Notes: generated by a model not told the origin, from the letters alone. Counted from the first letter of the stretch, positions 1 through 11,244 are shown. The stretch: DNA of 63,884 nt from Xanthobacteraceae bacterium (GCA_040510745.1 JBEVIJ010000075.1:1-63884); one strand, 5' to 3'. Numbers and translations: made by a program.

Positions 1-420
1 CCGATGCCGGTCTACGGCCAAGGCCGCAACGTACGCGACTGGCTTTTCGTCGACGATCACGCCGAGGCGCTGTGGCTAGCGCTGACCAAGGGCAAGGTCG
101 GCGAGATGTACCTGATCGGCGGCGAGTCCGAGCGTCGCAACATCGACGTAGTGAATACCATCGCCGCCCTGCTCGACGAGATGGCGCCGCAACGTGCGCC
201 GCATGCCCGCTTCATTTCGTTCGTGAACGATCGGCCCGGTCACGACCACCGTTACGCGATCGATCCCTCTAAGATCAAGCGCGAGCTCGGCTGGCGGCCG
301 CAGGCCTCGTTTGACCAGGGCCTGCGCCAGACCGTCCGCTGGTACCTCGACAACAACGCGTGGTGGGAGCCGATCCTCAGCAACACCTACCGGCTCGAGC
401 GGCTCGGCACGGCATCATGA
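1..420 (+). CDS. rfbB: dTDP-glucose 4,6-dehydratase (C-terminal part; 5' end outside window)
   Basis: [19 protein letters not shown] and [12 protein letters not shown] motifs typical of RmlB; followed by rfbD and rfbA. Confidence 0.93.
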   Translation, partial: PMPVYGQGRNVRDWLFVDDHAEALWLALTKGKVGEMYLIGGESERRNIDVVNTIAALLDEMAPQRAPHARFISFVNDRPGHDHRYAIDPSKIKRELGWRPQASFDQGLRQTVRWYLDNNAWWEPILSNTYRLERLGTAS

Positions 421-1325
421 CGGCCCGTGTTCTCGTCATTGGCCGCGAAGGGCAGCTCGCCCGTGAACTCGCGAGAGCACGGTGGCCGGACGGATGGTCG
501 CCGACGTTCGCGGGCCGTCCCGAGCTCGATCTGCGCTTTCCCGATAAGGCGGCGGCTGAGGTCACGGCGTCTGCGGCCGACCTCGTTGTCAACGCAGCCG
601 CCTACACCAACGTGGATCAGGCCGAGAGCGAGCCCGACATTGCCCGGCTGGTGAATGCCGCCGGGCCCGGCGCAATCGCCACCGCCTGCGGAAAGATCGG
701 CGCGACGCTGGTGAGCATCTCCACCGATTACATTTTCGACGGGACGAAAGCTGGCCCCTATCTAGAGGAAGATCCCGTCAACCCGATCGGAGCCTATGGC
801 CGCAGCAAAGCAGAGGGCGAGGCGCTGATCCGTGCCGCATGGGCCGAGCACCTGATCCTGCGCACCTCTTGGGTGTTCAGCCCATTCGGCACGAACTTCG
901 TGAAGACCATGCTGCGGCTCGGAAGCGAGCGCCCTCAGCTTCGCATCGTAGCCGACCAGCGCGGCTGCCCAACTGGGGCCCGCGATCTGGCCGGCGCTGT
1001 GATCGGGGCATGCACTGCCGTCAAATCAGCAAAAGCCGGTTTCGGCACCTACCACGTGGCCAACAGCGGCGCGACGACATGGTATGACATGACGCGCGCG
1101 ATATTCGACACGCTGGCCGCGCGCGGCAAACAGGTGCCGGAAATCGTCCCTATCACGACCGCGGAATATCCGACGAAGGCGGCACGGCCGGCGAACTCCG
1201 TGCTCGACTGCGGACGGATGCAAAGCACGTTCGGCATTGCGCTCCCCCCATGGCAGGAGGCGTTGAAGGAATGCGTGGACGAACTTCTGAAGCAAAGGCA
1301 CGGCGCAGGCAGGGGACGGGGATGA
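417..1325 (+). CDS. rfbD: dTDP-4-dehydrorhamnose reductase
   Basis: ATGA overlap with rfbB stop; Gxx[32 protein letters not shown] motifs. Confidence 0.95.
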   Translation: MTARVLVIGREGQLARELARARWPDGWSPTFAGRPELDLRFPDKAAAEVTASAADLVVNAAAYTNVDQAESEPDIARLVNAAGPGAIATACGKIGATLVSISTDYIFDGTKAGPYLEEDPVNPIGAYGRSKAEGEALIRAAWAEHLILRTSWVFSPFGTNFVKTMLRLGSERPQLRIVADQRGCPTGARDLAGAVIGACTAVKSAKAGFGTYHVANSGATTWYDMTRAIFDTLAARGKQVPEIVPITTAEYPTKAARPANSVLDCGRMQSTFGIALPPWQEALKECVDELLKQRHGAGRGRG

Positions 1326-2194
1326 TCACACGAGGCATCGTATTGGCCGGCGGCACCGGAACGCGCCTGCACCCGATCACGCTGGGCGTCAGCAAGCAGC
1401 TCCTGCCCGTCTACAACAAGCCGATGATCTACTATCCGCTGTCGGTGCTGATGCATTCCGGCATTCGCGACATTCTCATCATTACGACACCCGACGATCA
1501 ACCCCAATTCAAGAGACTGCTCGGCAGCGGGGCGCAATGGGGCGTGCGCGTCCAGTTCACGGTGCAGGAGCGGCCCGACGGGCTGGCGCAGGCCTTCATC
1601 CTCGGTCGCTCGTTTTTAGAAAGCGGTCCCGGCGCGCTGGTCCTCGGCGACAACTTGTTCTTCGGCCACACGCTGCCGGAGATGCTGAAGCGCGCCGTGA
1701 TGCGCCAGAAAGGCGCGACCGTGTTCGCCCATCACGTCACCGACCCGGAGCGCTACGGCGTCGTCACCATTGACGGCAACGGCCGCGCCACCGCGATCGA
1801 GGAAAAACCCCAGAACCCGGCCTCGCATTGGGCCGTGACGGGCCTCTATTTCTACGATGAGCGGATCTGCGACATCGCGGCCAAGGTCAAGCCATCCGCG
1901 CGGGGCGAACTGGAGATCACCGCCGTCAATCAGGCCTACCTTGAAATCGGCGAGCTGCACGTCGAGCTGATGGGCCGCGGTTTTGCCTGGCTCGACGCCG
2001 GCACCACCGATGCCCTGCTCGATGCATCCAATCTCGTACAAGTGATGGAGCGCCGGCAAGGTTTGAGCATCGCGTCGCTGGAAGAGATCGCGTTCCGACA
2101 GGGCTGGATCGACAAAACTGCGCTGCTGGAGCTGGCGCGCAAGCTCGGCCAGACGCCCTATGCAAAATACCTCAGGCGCGTTTCCGAAGATTAG
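1322..2194 (+). CDS. rfbA: glucose-1-phosphate thymidylyltransferase
   Basis: GIVLAGGTGTRLHPIT..SKQLLPVYNKPMIYYPL, PSARGELEIT, GRGFAWLDAGT; ATGA overlap with rfbD. Confidence 0.96.
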   Translation: MITRGIVLAGGTGTRLHPITLGVSKQLLPVYNKPMIYYPLSVLMHSGIRDILIITTPDDQPQFKRLLGSGAQWGVRVQFTVQERPDGLAQAFILGRSFLESGPGALVLGDNLFFGHTLPEMLKRAVMRQKGATVFAHHVTDPERYGVVTIDGNGRATAIEEKPQNPASHWAVTGLYFYDERICDIAAKVKPSARGELEITAVNQAYLEIGELHVELMGRGFAWLDAGTTDALLDASNLVQVMERRQGLSIASLEEIAFRQGWIDKTALLELARKLGQTPYAKYLRRVSED

Positions 2195-2740
2195 GCGTAA
2201 CGTCGGCCAGCGCTTCTTCGGCCACCGCCAGCACCTGTCCGCCGTCAAATCGTCGAGGCATGCCGAGTGGTTGTCGAGATACCTCTCGCAGCCTTGCAAG
2301 ATGCACATCTGCATCAGCCGGACGTTGCCCCGCCGCTGGACCGGTTTCGGTAGCCCGCCAAATTTCGCACAAGCCTTCCACGGGCCATGGACCTCATAGC
2401 CGTGGATCGGTCGGCCCGAACAGCGCGACAGTCGGACTGCCGGCCGCGGCCGCGAGATGCGTCACCGACGTATCGGCGCCGACGGAGAGGGCAGCGCCCC
2501 TGAGAAACGCGGTGAGTTCGCGCCAGTCGAGGCGGCCGTCGAGCCGCTCGACAGAGCTGCCGGCCCACAGTGCATCGAGATAGGCCCGCTCCTGAGGATC
2601 GGCGCCCCCGGTGGTGACGACAGTTAGTCCGCGCTTCACCAATCGGAGCGCAAGGGCCCGCCAACCAGCATCGCTCCAGCGCGTGTAGCGGAACATCGGA
2701 CTGGCATGGAAGACAGCGTAGCGCCCGTGTGACGCACGCC
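2172..2740 (-). pseudogene. glycosyltransferase family 9 (heptosyltransferase-like), C-terminal remnant
   Basis: YAVFHASPMFRYTRWS..GADTSVTHLAAAAGSPTVALFGPTDPRL, then in-frame TGA (2394-2396) where W is expected, then pieces in other frames (VQRRGNVRL..GCERYLDNHSACLDDL; QVLAVAEEALA); N-terminal half missing. Confidence 0.8.
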
Positions 2741-2744
2741 GCTG

Positions 2745-2920
2745 GCGAACGCCGCGACGTCGGGCGACGGTTCGACCCGCATGCCGGTCCAGGCCGCCGT
2801 CTCGAGCGGCCAGGTCGGCGACCCGGCGCGGACGCCGACCTCGGCAAAAAATCCCTTATCCGAATCGCCGAAAAAGGCGTGCACCCGCTGCGCTTCATCC
2901 TGCGGAAGTTGCGCGGCCAC
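2745..2920 (-). pseudogene. FkbM-family methyltransferase, N-terminal fragment
   Basis: VHAFFGDSDKGFFAEVG..SPTWPLETAAWTGMRVEPSPD resembles the FkbM N-terminus (GFFVEVGA..GWxGxxVEP); runs directly into the GT9 remnant. Confidence 0.55.
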
Positions 2921-2928
2921 AGCGACCC

Positions 2929-4407
2929 TCAGCGGCGGCGCGGCTTGCGCGACCGTTCGACGATCCGCGTCGTGCTGAAGCCCGGCACCAGATCGACCAG
3001 CACCACCTCGCCGCCTTGCGCCTCGACCAGTTCACGGCCCACCACCTGGGCGGGCCGGTAGTCGCCGCCCTTCACCAGCACGTTTGGCCGCACGCGGCGG
3101 ATCAATTCGAGCGGCGTGTCCTGCGGAAACACCACCACGAGATCGACCGCTTCGAGCGCGGCCAGCACCTCGGCTCGGGCGCGCTCGCTCTGGATCGGCC
3201 GCTCCTTGCCCTTGAGGCGGCGCACCGAGGCGTCGCTGTTGAGGCCAACCACGAGGCGGTCGCAGCGGCCGCGCGATTGCGCCAGCACCTTGACGTGGCC
3301 GGGATGCAGCAAGTCGAACACGCCATTGGTGAAACCGATGCGCAGATCGTCCTTGCGCCATTCGTCGAGCCGCCGGTCGATCGCGCCCCAGTCGACCACG
3401 ATCTTCTCTTCGGGTGCGAGCGTTGCCGCGGGAAGGATTCTAGCGCGTAGCTCCGCCGCCGTTACCGTGGCGGTGCCGCGCTTGCTGATCGCAACAGCAG
3501 CCGCGGCGTTGGCGGCGCGCATCGCGGCCTCGAAATCGGCTCCCATCGCCAGCATGACGGCGAGCACCGCGGCGACGGTGTCGCCGGCGCCCGACACGTC
3601 GCGCACCGCGACCGGATAGGCCGGAACATGCACCGGCTTGCCGCCGCGCGCCTGCAGCAGCATGCCCTCCTCGCTCAGTGTCACCAGCACGGCTTGGCTC
3701 GCGACCGTGCGGCCCAGCGCGGCCGCCGCCTTGGCAGTCTCGGCATTGCTGCCGCCCGGCATGCGCGTCGCTTCGATCAATTCCTTGCGGTTCGGCGTGA
3801 TGACGGTCGCACCGCGATAGATCGAGAAATCGCCGCCCTTGGGATCGACCACCACCGGCTTCTTGAGCTTCTTGGCGCGGGCCATAATCGCGCCGATGAC
3901 GCGCGGCGTCAGCACGCCCTTGGCGTAGTCGGAGATCACCACCGCGTCGGCTTTGCGCAACGCGGCCAGCGCGTGCTTGACCAGTGCGGCCTCGACCTTC
4001 GGCTCGACCGGCTTGGCCAGTTCCCAATCGGCCCGCAACAGGTGGGTCGAATGATGCTCGGAGACAAAGCGCAGCTTGCGGGTGGTCGGCCGCGACGGAT
4101 CGATCACCAGATGCGCGGTGATGCCGCTCCTGCGGCCTGCCAGCTCGGACTTGAGCCTTTTGCCGTCCATATCCTTGCCGACCACGCCGATAAAGATGCA
4201 GCGCGCGCCCAGGCTCGCGATGTTGCGCGCGACATTGCCCGCGCCGCCGACGATGACGTCCTGGCGGCGCACCGCGATCACCGGCGCCGGCGCTTCCGGC
4301 GAGATGCGCGACACGTCGCCATACACGAAATAGTCCAGCATCAGGTCGCCGATGCAGAGCACCGTCTGCTTGTTGAGGGCGGAGAGCTGTTTCTCGAAAT
4401 CGAACAT
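2929..4407 (-). CDS. hldE: bifunctional heptose 7-phosphate kinase / heptose 1-phosphate adenylyltransferase
   Basis: [19 protein letters not shown] (PfkB kinase) plus [13 protein letters not shown] (HxGH cytidylyltransferase-like). Confidence 0.96.
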   Translation of the reverse strand: MFDFEKQLSALNKQTVLCIGDLMLDYFVYGDVSRISPEAPAPVIAVRRQDVIVGGAGNVARNIASLGARCIFIGVVGKDMDGKRLKSELAGRRSGITAHLVIDPSRPTTRKLRFVSEHHSTHLLRADWELAKPVEPKVEAALVKHALAALRKADAVVISDYAKGVLTPRVIGAIMARAKKLKKPVVVDPKGGDFSIYRGATVITPNRKELIEATRMPGGSNAETAKAAAALGRTVASQAVLVTLSEEGMLLQARGGKPVHVPAYPVAVRDVSGAGDTVAAVLAVMLAMGADFEAAMRAANAAAAVAISKRGTATVTAAELRARILPAATLAPEEKIVVDWGAIDRRLDEWRKDDLRIGFTNGVFDLLHPGHVKVLAQSRGRCDRLVVGLNSDASVRRLKGKERPIQSERARAEVLAALEAVDLVVVFPQDTPLELIRRVRPNVLVKGGDYRPAQVVGRELVEAQGGEVVLVDLVPGFSTTRIVERSRKPRRR

Positions 4408-4413
4408 CGGCCC

Positions 4414-5394
4414 TCAGCGGTAGCGGTCGTTGGCGTCGAGGAACTTGGTCACGTACTGACCTACCGCGTCCTCCAGCGGCGTGAAGCCGGCGTTATAGCC
4501 GGCGCGGCGGATGTTATCGACCTCCGCCTGCGTGAAATACTGATACTGCCCATGGATGTTCTCGGGCATGTCGACGTATTCGATGTTCGGCTCGCGGCCG
4601 AGCGCGCGGAACTCCGCCGAGATCAGGTCGCGGAAGCTGCGCGCCTTGCCAGTGCCAACGTTGAAGATGCCGGACACGTTCGGGCTGTCCATCAACCAGC
4701 GCACCACCGCGACCGCATCGTCGACATAGATGAAATCGCGCCGCTGGTCGCCGTCCTCGATGCCGGGCCTATGCGATTTGAAGAGGCGTACCGTGCGGCC
4801 GGCCTTCGCGTCGTCGAAGCGCTTGCAGACGAGGCTCATCATCTCGCCCTTGTGGTACTCGTTCGGGCCGAACACGTTGAAGAACTTCAGCCCACACCAC
4901 TGCGGCGGCAGCTTTTCCTTCTTCACCGCGCGCTCGACGATGGCGAGATCGAACAGGTGCTTGCTCCAGCCGTAGAGATTCATCGGCTTGAGCTTCTTCA
5001 AGGCTTCCAACGACCAGTCGTCGTCAAAGCCCGCCGCGCCGTCGCCGTAGGTCGCGGCGGAGGACGCGTAGATGAACGGCGTGCGCGTTTCGGTACACCA
5101 GTCGAGCAGCTTGAGCGAAAGGCGGAAGTTGTTGTCCAGCACCAGGTCCGCGTCGGTCGCCGTCGTATCGGAGATCGCGCCCATATGGATCACGCCGTCG
5201 AGCTTGCGCCCGTCGAGCCAGTGGAACAGTTCGGCCGGTGGCACCACGTCGGCAACCTGGCGCTTGGCCAGATTGCGCCATTTGCCCTCGGCGCCGATGA
5301 TGTCGTTGACGGCAACATCGGTGCGGCCGGCCTCGTTGAGGCCCGCGACCACGTTCGACCCGATGAACCCGGCCGCCCCGGTGACCAGCAGCAT
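4414..5394 (-). CDS. hldD: ADP-L-glycero-D-manno-heptose 6-epimerase
   Basis: VTGAAGFIGSN, YASSAATYG, PMNLYGWSK, YQYFTQA. Confidence 0.95.
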   Translation of the reverse strand: MLLVTGAAGFIGSNVVAGLNEAGRTDVAVNDIIGAEGKWRNLAKRQVADVVPPAELFHWLDGRKLDGVIHMGAISDTTATDADLVLDNNFRLSLKLLDWCTETRTPFIYASSAATYGDGAAGFDDDWSLEALKKLKPMNLYGWSKHLFDLAIVERAVKKEKLPPQWCGLKFFNVFGPNEYHKGEMMSLVCKRFDDAKAGRTVRLFKSHRPGIEDGDQRRDFIYVDDAVAVVRWLMDSPNVSGIFNVGTGKARSFRDLISAEFRALGREPNIEYVDMPENIHGQYQYFTQAEVDNIRRAGYNAGFTPLEDAVGQYVTKFLDANDRYR

Positions 5395-5568
5395 CCGTAT
5401 CCCGCTGAAATGCAGGCCATCCTTTGCCCCACTCGGGCCAGTCTCGCAACTTTAGGCCGCAGACGCGGTTCTCGGGGCGCGGAAACGGCCCTTTTGCGCT
5501 CCAACGGCCTCTGATCGGGCTGGACAGCCCTTGCCGGGCGGGTTACCGCCTCCCGTAGGCCACAATAA

Positions 5569-6618
5569 ATGAATGCTAATTCAGATCATCAGCCACTCAG
5601 CGGATCGCCGATCCTCCTGGTTCCTTACATGTGGATCGGGGACTTCGTGCGCTGCCACTCGGTCATTCGCGTGCTGCGCGAGCGCTATCCGGATCGCCAG
5701 ATCGATGTGTTGTCCACAATGCTGTGCGCGCCGCTGCTCGACTACATGCCGGGCGTACGCAAGGGCATCGTGTGGAATCTGCCGCGCAAGACCGTGGCAC
5801 TCGCCGAACACCGCGCCCTCGCGGACGTGCTCCGTGCGGAGAACTACGGCAGCGCGCTGGTGATGCCGCGCACCTGGAAATCGGCGCTGGCGCCGTACCT
5901 CGCCGGTATTCCGGAGAGGATCGGCTTTGCCGGCGAAGCGCGCTTCGGTCTGCTCAACGATCTGCGCTGGGGCGAACGCAAGCTGCCGCGCATGATCGAC
6001 CGCTGCGGCGCGCTCGCTCTGCCGCGCGACGCGATCCTGCCGAAGGATTGGCCGGTGCCCGATCTCAAAGTCCCCGCGGACGAGGCCGAGCAATGGCGCG
6101 CGCTGCGCGGCCTCGCCACGGACCGCCCGGTTGTGGCGTTTGCGCCGGGCGCGGTCGGTCCGAGCAAGCGCTGGCCGGTCAAATACTTCGCGGAGCTGGC
6201 GCGCAATCTCACCGGCGCCGGAATGGCCGTCTGGGTGCTCGGCAGTCCGCAGGAAAGTCCGCTCGCCGCTGAGATCGTGCGCGATGCCGGACCCCATGCA
6301 CGCGACCTCACCTCGAACGATCTGCGCAACGCCATCCTGGCGCTGAAGCTCGCGAGCGCGACGGTGTCGAACGATTCCGGCCTGGTACACGTCGCCGCGG
6401 CAATCGGCACGCCGACGGTCGGGATTTTCGGTCCCACCAGTCCTTGGCACTGGGCACCTCTCAATCCGCTCGCCGCCACCATCGAGACGCTCACCGACGT
6501 GCCGTGCCGGCCGTGCCACAAGCCGACCTGCCGGATGGTGCATCACCGCTGCATGCGCGACATCCCGGCGAGCCAAGTGCTCGCCGCCGTGCGCGGCGCC
6601 CTTCCCGCGCGAACCTGA
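5569..6618 (+). CDS. waaF: LPS heptosyltransferase II
   Basis: WIGDFV, WKSAL, APGAVGPSKRWP, NDSGLVHVAAA GT9 motifs. Confidence 0.88.
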   Translation: MNANSDHQPLSGSPILLVPYMWIGDFVRCHSVIRVLRERYPDRQIDVLSTMLCAPLLDYMPGVRKGIVWNLPRKTVALAEHRALADVLRAENYGSALVMPRTWKSALAPYLAGIPERIGFAGEARFGLLNDLRWGERKLPRMIDRCGALALPRDAILPKDWPVPDLKVPADEAEQWRALRGLATDRPVVAFAPGAVGPSKRWPVKYFAELARNLTGAGMAVWVLGSPQESPLAAEIVRDAGPHARDLTSNDLRNAILALKLASATVSNDSGLVHVAAAIGTPTVGIFGPTSPWHWAPLNPLAATIETLTDVPCRPCHKPTCRMVHHRCMRDIPASQVLAAVRGALPART

Positions 6619-6621
6619 CCG

Positions 6622-7146
6622 ATGTCGGAGCCCGTACAGAAAAAGCCCGCCGTCTTCCTCGACCGCGACGGCGGCATCAATCACGACGACGCGTACGTCG
6701 GCACCATCGAGCGCTTCCGCTGGATGCCAGGCGCCGCGGCGGCGATCCGCCGACTCAACGAGGCGGGCTACTTCGTGTTCATCGTCTCGAACCAGTCCGG
6801 CATTGGCCGCGGCCTGTTCACCGAGGACGACCTCATCAAGCTCGATGGCTGGATGCGCCACGAGCTCGCAGCGCAGGGCGCGCGGGTCGACGACGTGCGC
6901 TATTGCCCGTTCCATCCCGAAGCGATGCTCCAGGGCTATCGCTGGAATTCCGATCTGCGCAAGCCTGCGCCCGGCATGATCTTCGACCTGATGGGCGCTT
7001 GGCCGATCGAATCACGGCGCAGCTTCCTGATTGGCGACCAGCAGACCGACCTGGAGGCCGCGCAGCGCGCCGGCATTGACGGTCATCTGTTCCCGGGCGG
7101 CGACCTCGACGCATTCGTCGCGCAGTGTCTCGCCTCCAAGAAGTAA
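6622..7146 (+). CDS. gmhB: D-glycero-D-manno-heptose 1,7-bisphosphate phosphatase
   Basis: HAD IIIA motifs [29 protein letters not shown]. Confidence 0.9.
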   Translation: MSEPVQKKPAVFLDRDGGINHDDAYVGTIERFRWMPGAAAAIRRLNEAGYFVFIVSNQSGIGRGLFTEDDLIKLDGWMRHELAAQGARVDDVRYCPFHPEAMLQGYRWNSDLRKPAPGMIFDLMGAWPIESRRSFLIGDQQTDLEAAQRAGIDGHLFPGGDLDAFVAQCLASKK

Positions 7147-7219
7147 CTCGGCCTGCTCGTTTTCGCGGCGGCGGGGACCCGTAGGCGCGTCGCGGGGATG
7201 GGCGCAGAGGATTGTGTGG

Positions 7220-8176
7220 CTAAGAAACGATCTGGCGCACGGCGCCGAGCACCTCCTGAACGCCGGGCGGCTCACCCTTTTTGCCCAGCACCTTGATCGC
7301 TCCGCGCCCGACCGGGCCGGTCAGAACGGGCTCGCTGTCGGCGAAAATCGCGACAAGCGGCACGCCGAGCGCGGCGGCGAGATGCATAAGCCCCGTGTCG
7401 ACGCCGACCACGAATGACGCACCGGCGATCAGCCGCGCCATCTCATCGAGCGGCCGACGCTCCGGTACGCGCGCCCGCGCGATGCCCGAGGCGATGCGCT
7501 GCGCCCTGGTCTGCTCGGCCGGCGTGCCCCATGGCAGCGACAGATCGAAATCCGCGCCAAGCGCGGCAGCAAGACTGCGCCAATTTTCCGCCGGCCATTG
7601 CTTGTCCGGCTCGGCCGTGGAGTGGAGCAGCACCCCGTAAGGCGCCGCCGGTTTCGCCCCCACGATGCGCGACGCATCCAACCCATAATCCGGCGCGCCC
7701 TGCGGCGCGTAGCCGAGCGCCAGCCCGGTCAGCTCGCGGTTGCGCGCGATCGCATGTTGCTCCTTCTCGACATGATGGCGCACGTCATAGACTTTGGCCG
7801 CCAGCCGCTCCTTGATGCTTTGCTCGTCGTAACCGTGGCTGCGTCCCCGCGCCCGCCGCGCGATCATCGCCGACTTGAAAAACAGGCCCTGCGTGTCGAT
7901 CACTTCGGCGTATTCTCGCGCACCCAATCGGCGCCGGAACGCCCTGAACTCCGACCACGTCGAAGGCAGCAGCAGGCTGAGCTTGCGCCAGCGCCGCGCC
8001 GCTATCGGAATGACATCATCGACCGCCGGATGCAGCCGCACCAGCGGCACGTAGGCCTCCTCGACCACCCAGGCGAAGCGGTCGGCGGGCCGCCGCGCCC
8101 TCGCCTCGGTCAGCGCCGGCATGTGGTGGATCACGTCGCCCAGCGACGAAGTCTTGATGAAAAGGACGTCCGACAT
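7220..8176 (-). CDS. waaC: LPS heptosyltransferase I
   Basis: IKTSSLGDVIH, WVVEEAY, DTQGL, GVDTGLMHLAAAL. Confidence 0.92.
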   Translation of the reverse strand: MSDVLFIKTSSLGDVIHHMPALTEARARRPADRFAWVVEEAYVPLVRLHPAVDDVIPIAARRWRKLSLLLPSTWSEFRAFRRRLGAREYAEVIDTQGLFFKSAMIARRARGRSHGYDEQSIKERLAAKVYDVRHHVEKEQHAIARNRELTGLALGYAPQGAPDYGLDASRIVGAKPAAPYGVLLHSTAEPDKQWPAENWRSLAAALGADFDLSLPWGTPAEQTRAQRIASGIARARVPERRPLDEMARLIAGASFVVGVDTGLMHLAAALGVPLVAIFADSEPVLTGPVGRGAIKVLGKKGEPPGVQEVLGAVRQIVS

Positions 8177-8296
8177 GGCGATCCGTATACCCGGCATTAA
8201 TCACGCCGACCACTTGACCCGGCCGCATCCCCCCGAAATAACCTCGCCTACAGGGCACTCCGGTAGGGATCGGCGCGACGATTGCGGGAGACGGCA

Positions 8297-9310
8297 ATGG
8301 CCGTATTGGTCACCGGCGGCGCAGGCTACATCGGCAGTCATACAGTCCATGCGCTGGTCGACGCCGGCGAGAGCGTCGTCGTGCTCGATAACCTTTCGAC
8401 CGGCTTCCGCTCCGCGCTGCCCAAGCCAATGCTGCCGATCGTGGGCGACGTCGGCGATCAGGCGCTGGTGACCTCTGTCATCGAGACGCATCGCATCGAT
8501 GCCATCATCCATTTTGCGGGCTCGATCGTGGTTCCGGAATCGGTGCGCGACCCGCTCGGCTATTACCGCAACAACACGGTCAACTCGCGCAACCTGATGG
8601 AAACCGCCGTCAAGTGCGGCGTGAAGCACTTCATCTTCTCCTCGACCGCCGCGGTGTACGGCGATCCGGCGCGCGTGCCGGTCGCGGAAGACGCAGCCCT
8701 TAATCCGGTTTCGCCTTACGGCTGGTCGAAGCTGATGACCGAGGCGATGTTGCGCGACGCGCAGGCGGCGCACGGCCTTGGCCACGTGATCCTGCGCTAC
8801 TTCAACGTCGCCGGCGCGGATCCGAAGATGCGGACCGGCCAGTCGACACCCGAAGCGACGCATCTCATCAAGGTCGCAGTGCAGACCGCGCTCGGCATGC
8901 GCAAGGGCCTCGACGTGTTCGGCACCGACTATGCGACGCCGGACGGCACCTGCATCCGCGACTACATCCACGTCACCGATCTCGCCCGCGGGCACCGCGC
9001 CGCGCTGACCTATCTGCGCGCCGGCGGCGAGAGCGCCACGTTGAACTGCGGCTACGGCCGCGGCTATTCCGTGCTGCAAGTCGTCGACGCAGTGAAGCGG
9101 GCAGTCGGCCATGAGTTTCCAGTCCGGATGGCACCACGCCGGCCCGGCGATCCGATGTCGATTGTCGCAGCCGCCGGACGCATCCGCGAGCGGTTGCAGT
9201 GGAAACCGGAACTCGACGACCTCGACACCATCGTTGCCCACGCCATTGCCTGGGAGCGCCTGCTTTTGAGCCAAAACAAGCAGGATGCCCGCGAAGCGCG
9301 CTCCGGTTGA
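8297..9310 (+). CDS. galE: UDP-glucose 4-epimerase
   Basis: LVTGGAGYIGSH, FSSTAAVYG, LRYFNVAGAD, DGTCIRDYIHV. Confidence 0.95.
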   Translation: MAVLVTGGAGYIGSHTVHALVDAGESVVVLDNLSTGFRSALPKPMLPIVGDVGDQALVTSVIETHRIDAIIHFAGSIVVPESVRDPLGYYRNNTVNSRNLMETAVKCGVKHFIFSSTAAVYGDPARVPVAEDAALNPVSPYGWSKLMTEAMLRDAQAAHGLGHVILRYFNVAGADPKMRTGQSTPEATHLIKVAVQTALGMRKGLDVFGTDYATPDGTCIRDYIHVTDLARGHRAALTYLRAGGESATLNCGYGRGYSVLQVVDAVKRAVGHEFPVRMAPRRPGDPMSIVAAAGRIRERLQWKPELDDLDTIVAHAIAWERLLLSQNKQDAREARSG

Positions 9311-9432
9311 TCCGTTTCCCCGGCATATCGCTGTTTGGACTTGAAAAATCCCGATGCGACGGGCAAGGAACGCTGTGGCTTCGGCCGCCGCGCGGCCCGC
9401 TGCACCTCCATTGGGATAATCAGGTCCACTGA

Positions 9433-11244
9433 ATGCTTGGATCGAAGTACTGGGATCAGCTCTCGGAAAAGGGCAGCACGACCGCGCTGCTTCGCCGTCT
9501 GCTGGTCGAGCAGGCGGCTGCCCAGTGGAAGCTCTATACGATGACGTTCGTCTGCATGGCGATCGCGGCCGCCGCCACGGGGCTAAGCGCCTACCTGCTC
9601 GGCGACGTAATCAATCAGGCCTACGTGGAACGCAGCCTGGCGGGCATCGTCGCGCTCGCGTTGCTCGCGGCCTTCGTCTTCATGGTGAAGGCGGCTGCCA
9701 CCTACGGCCACACGCTGATCATGTCCTGGATCAGCAACCGCATCATCGCCGAGAACCAGCGGCGCATGTTCGAGTCGCTGATCCGGCAGAACCTCGCCTA
9801 CTTCGCCGACCGTCACTCCTCGGAATTCATGGCGCGCCTCAACGCCGGCGCGACCTCCGCGAGCAACGTGTTGAATTTGCTGGCCGGCGCGCTCGGCCGC
9901 GATTTCCTGTCGGTGGTTGCGCTGGTCATTGTGATGGTCCTGCAGGATCCGTGGATGTCTCTGGTCAGCCTGGTGGTCGTGCCGCCCGCGCTGTTCATGC
10001 TGCGCAAGATGGTTCGCCGCATCTACCATATTGCACTGAGCCAATTCGTCGGCGGCGCGCGGCTGCTCGAGAGCCTGCAGGAGACGGTGCAAGGCGTGCG
10101 CACGGTGAAGACGTTCACGCTTGAAGACGAGATGCGCGCCCGCGTGCATTCCAACATCGCCGAGCTCGAAAAAGAATCCAACCGCTGGGCGAGGGTCGCG
10201 CACCGCGCAAGCCCGTTGATGGAGGCGCTCGGCGGCCTCGCCGTCGCGCTGGCGATGATCTACGGCGGCTATCGCGTCGTCGAGACGGGTGCGGCGCCGG
10301 GCCAGTTCTTCTCCTTCCTCGCCGCATTCCTGCTGGCCTACGAGCCGGCCAAGCGGCTGGCGCGGCTCAACATCGAGCTCAATTCGAACATGGTCGGCGT
10401 GCGGGTGCTGTTCGACATCATCGACGCGCCGCCGTCCGAACCGAAGGACGACCAGAAGCCGCCGCTCAATGTCAGCGCGGGCCGCATCGAGTTCAAGGAC
10501 GTGCGGTTCGGCTACCGGCCGGAGGAGCCGGTGCTGCGCGGCATGTCGTTCGTCGCCAACCCCGGCAACATGACGGCGCTGGTCGGCCAGTCCGGCGGCG
10601 GCAAGTCGACCGTGCTCAATCTGGTGCTGCGGCTTTACGAGCCCGAGAGCGGCACGGTGAGCATCGACGGCCAGAACGTCGTTGAAGTGTCCCGCGCGTC
10701 GCTTCGCATGCAGGTCGCCTACGTCGGGCAGGACGTGTTCCTGTTCCACGGAACGATCCGCGACAACATTGCGATCGGCAAGCCCGGAGCAACGGAAGCG
10801 GAAATCGTCGCCGCCGCAAAGGCCGCCCACGCCCACGAATTCGTCTCGGCTTTCCCGGAAGGCTACCAGACCATGGTCGGCGAGCGCGGCGCCAAGCTCT
10901 CCGGCGGCGAGCGCCAGCGTGTCGCGATCGCCCGTGCGCTGGTCAAGGACGCGCCGATCATCCTGCTCGACGAAGCCACCGCCTCGCTCGATTCGGAATC
11001 CGAGCGGCTGGTGCAGGACGCCATGGTGCATCTGTGCGAGAACCGCACCACGCTGGTGATCGCGCACCGGCTGCACACCATCACCCACGCCGACCGCATC
11101 CTGGTGGTCGAGAACGGCGTGATCGCCGAAGCCGGGCGGCACGACGAACTGCTGCGCAAGGGCGGCCGCTACGCCGCGTTCTACCGCCTGCAGATCCGTG
11201 AGCAGGGCGCCGACGCACCCATCGCGATTGCCTCAAACGCCTGA
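9433..11244 (+). CDS. MsbA-like lipid/LPS ABC exporter (fused permease-ATPase)
   Basis: N-terminal TM segments, GQSGGGKST, LSGGERQR, LLDEATASLD; located in LPS cluster. Confidence 0.85.
   Translation: MLGSKYWDQLSEKGSTTALLRRLLVEQAAAQWKLYTMTFVCMAIAAAATGLSAYLLGDVINQAYVERSLAGIVALALLAAFVFMVKAAATYGHTLIMSWISNRIIAENQRRMFESLIRQNLAYFADRHSSEFMARLNAGATSASNVLNLLAGALGRDFLSVVALVIVMVLQDPWMSLVSLVVVPPALFMLRKMVRRIYHIALSQFVGGARLLESLQETVQGVRTVKTFTLEDEMRARVHSNIAELEKESNRWARVAHRASPLMEALGGLAVALAMIYGGYRVVETGAAPGQFFSFLAAFLLAYEPAKRLARLNIELNSNMVGVRVLFDIIDAPPSEPKDDQKPPLNVSAGRIEFKDVRFGYRPEEPVLRGMSFVANPGNMTALVGQSGGGKSTVLNLVLRLYEPESGTVSIDGQNVVEVSRASLRMQVAYVGQDVFLFHGTIRDNIAIGKPGATEAEIVAAAKAAHAHEFVSAFPEGYQTMVGERGAKLSGGERQRVAIARALVKDAPIILLDEATASLDSESERLVQDAMVHLCENRTTLVIAHRLHTITHADRILVVENGVIAEAGRHDELLRKGGRYAAFYRLQIREQGADAPIAIASNA

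Noticed and set aside
2394-2396. In-frame TGA as selenocysteine or readthrough
   Set aside because: Position corresponds to Trp and the gene has additional frameshifts and a truncation
3628-5514. 628-aa plus-strand ORF
   Set aside because: Antisense to hldE/hldD
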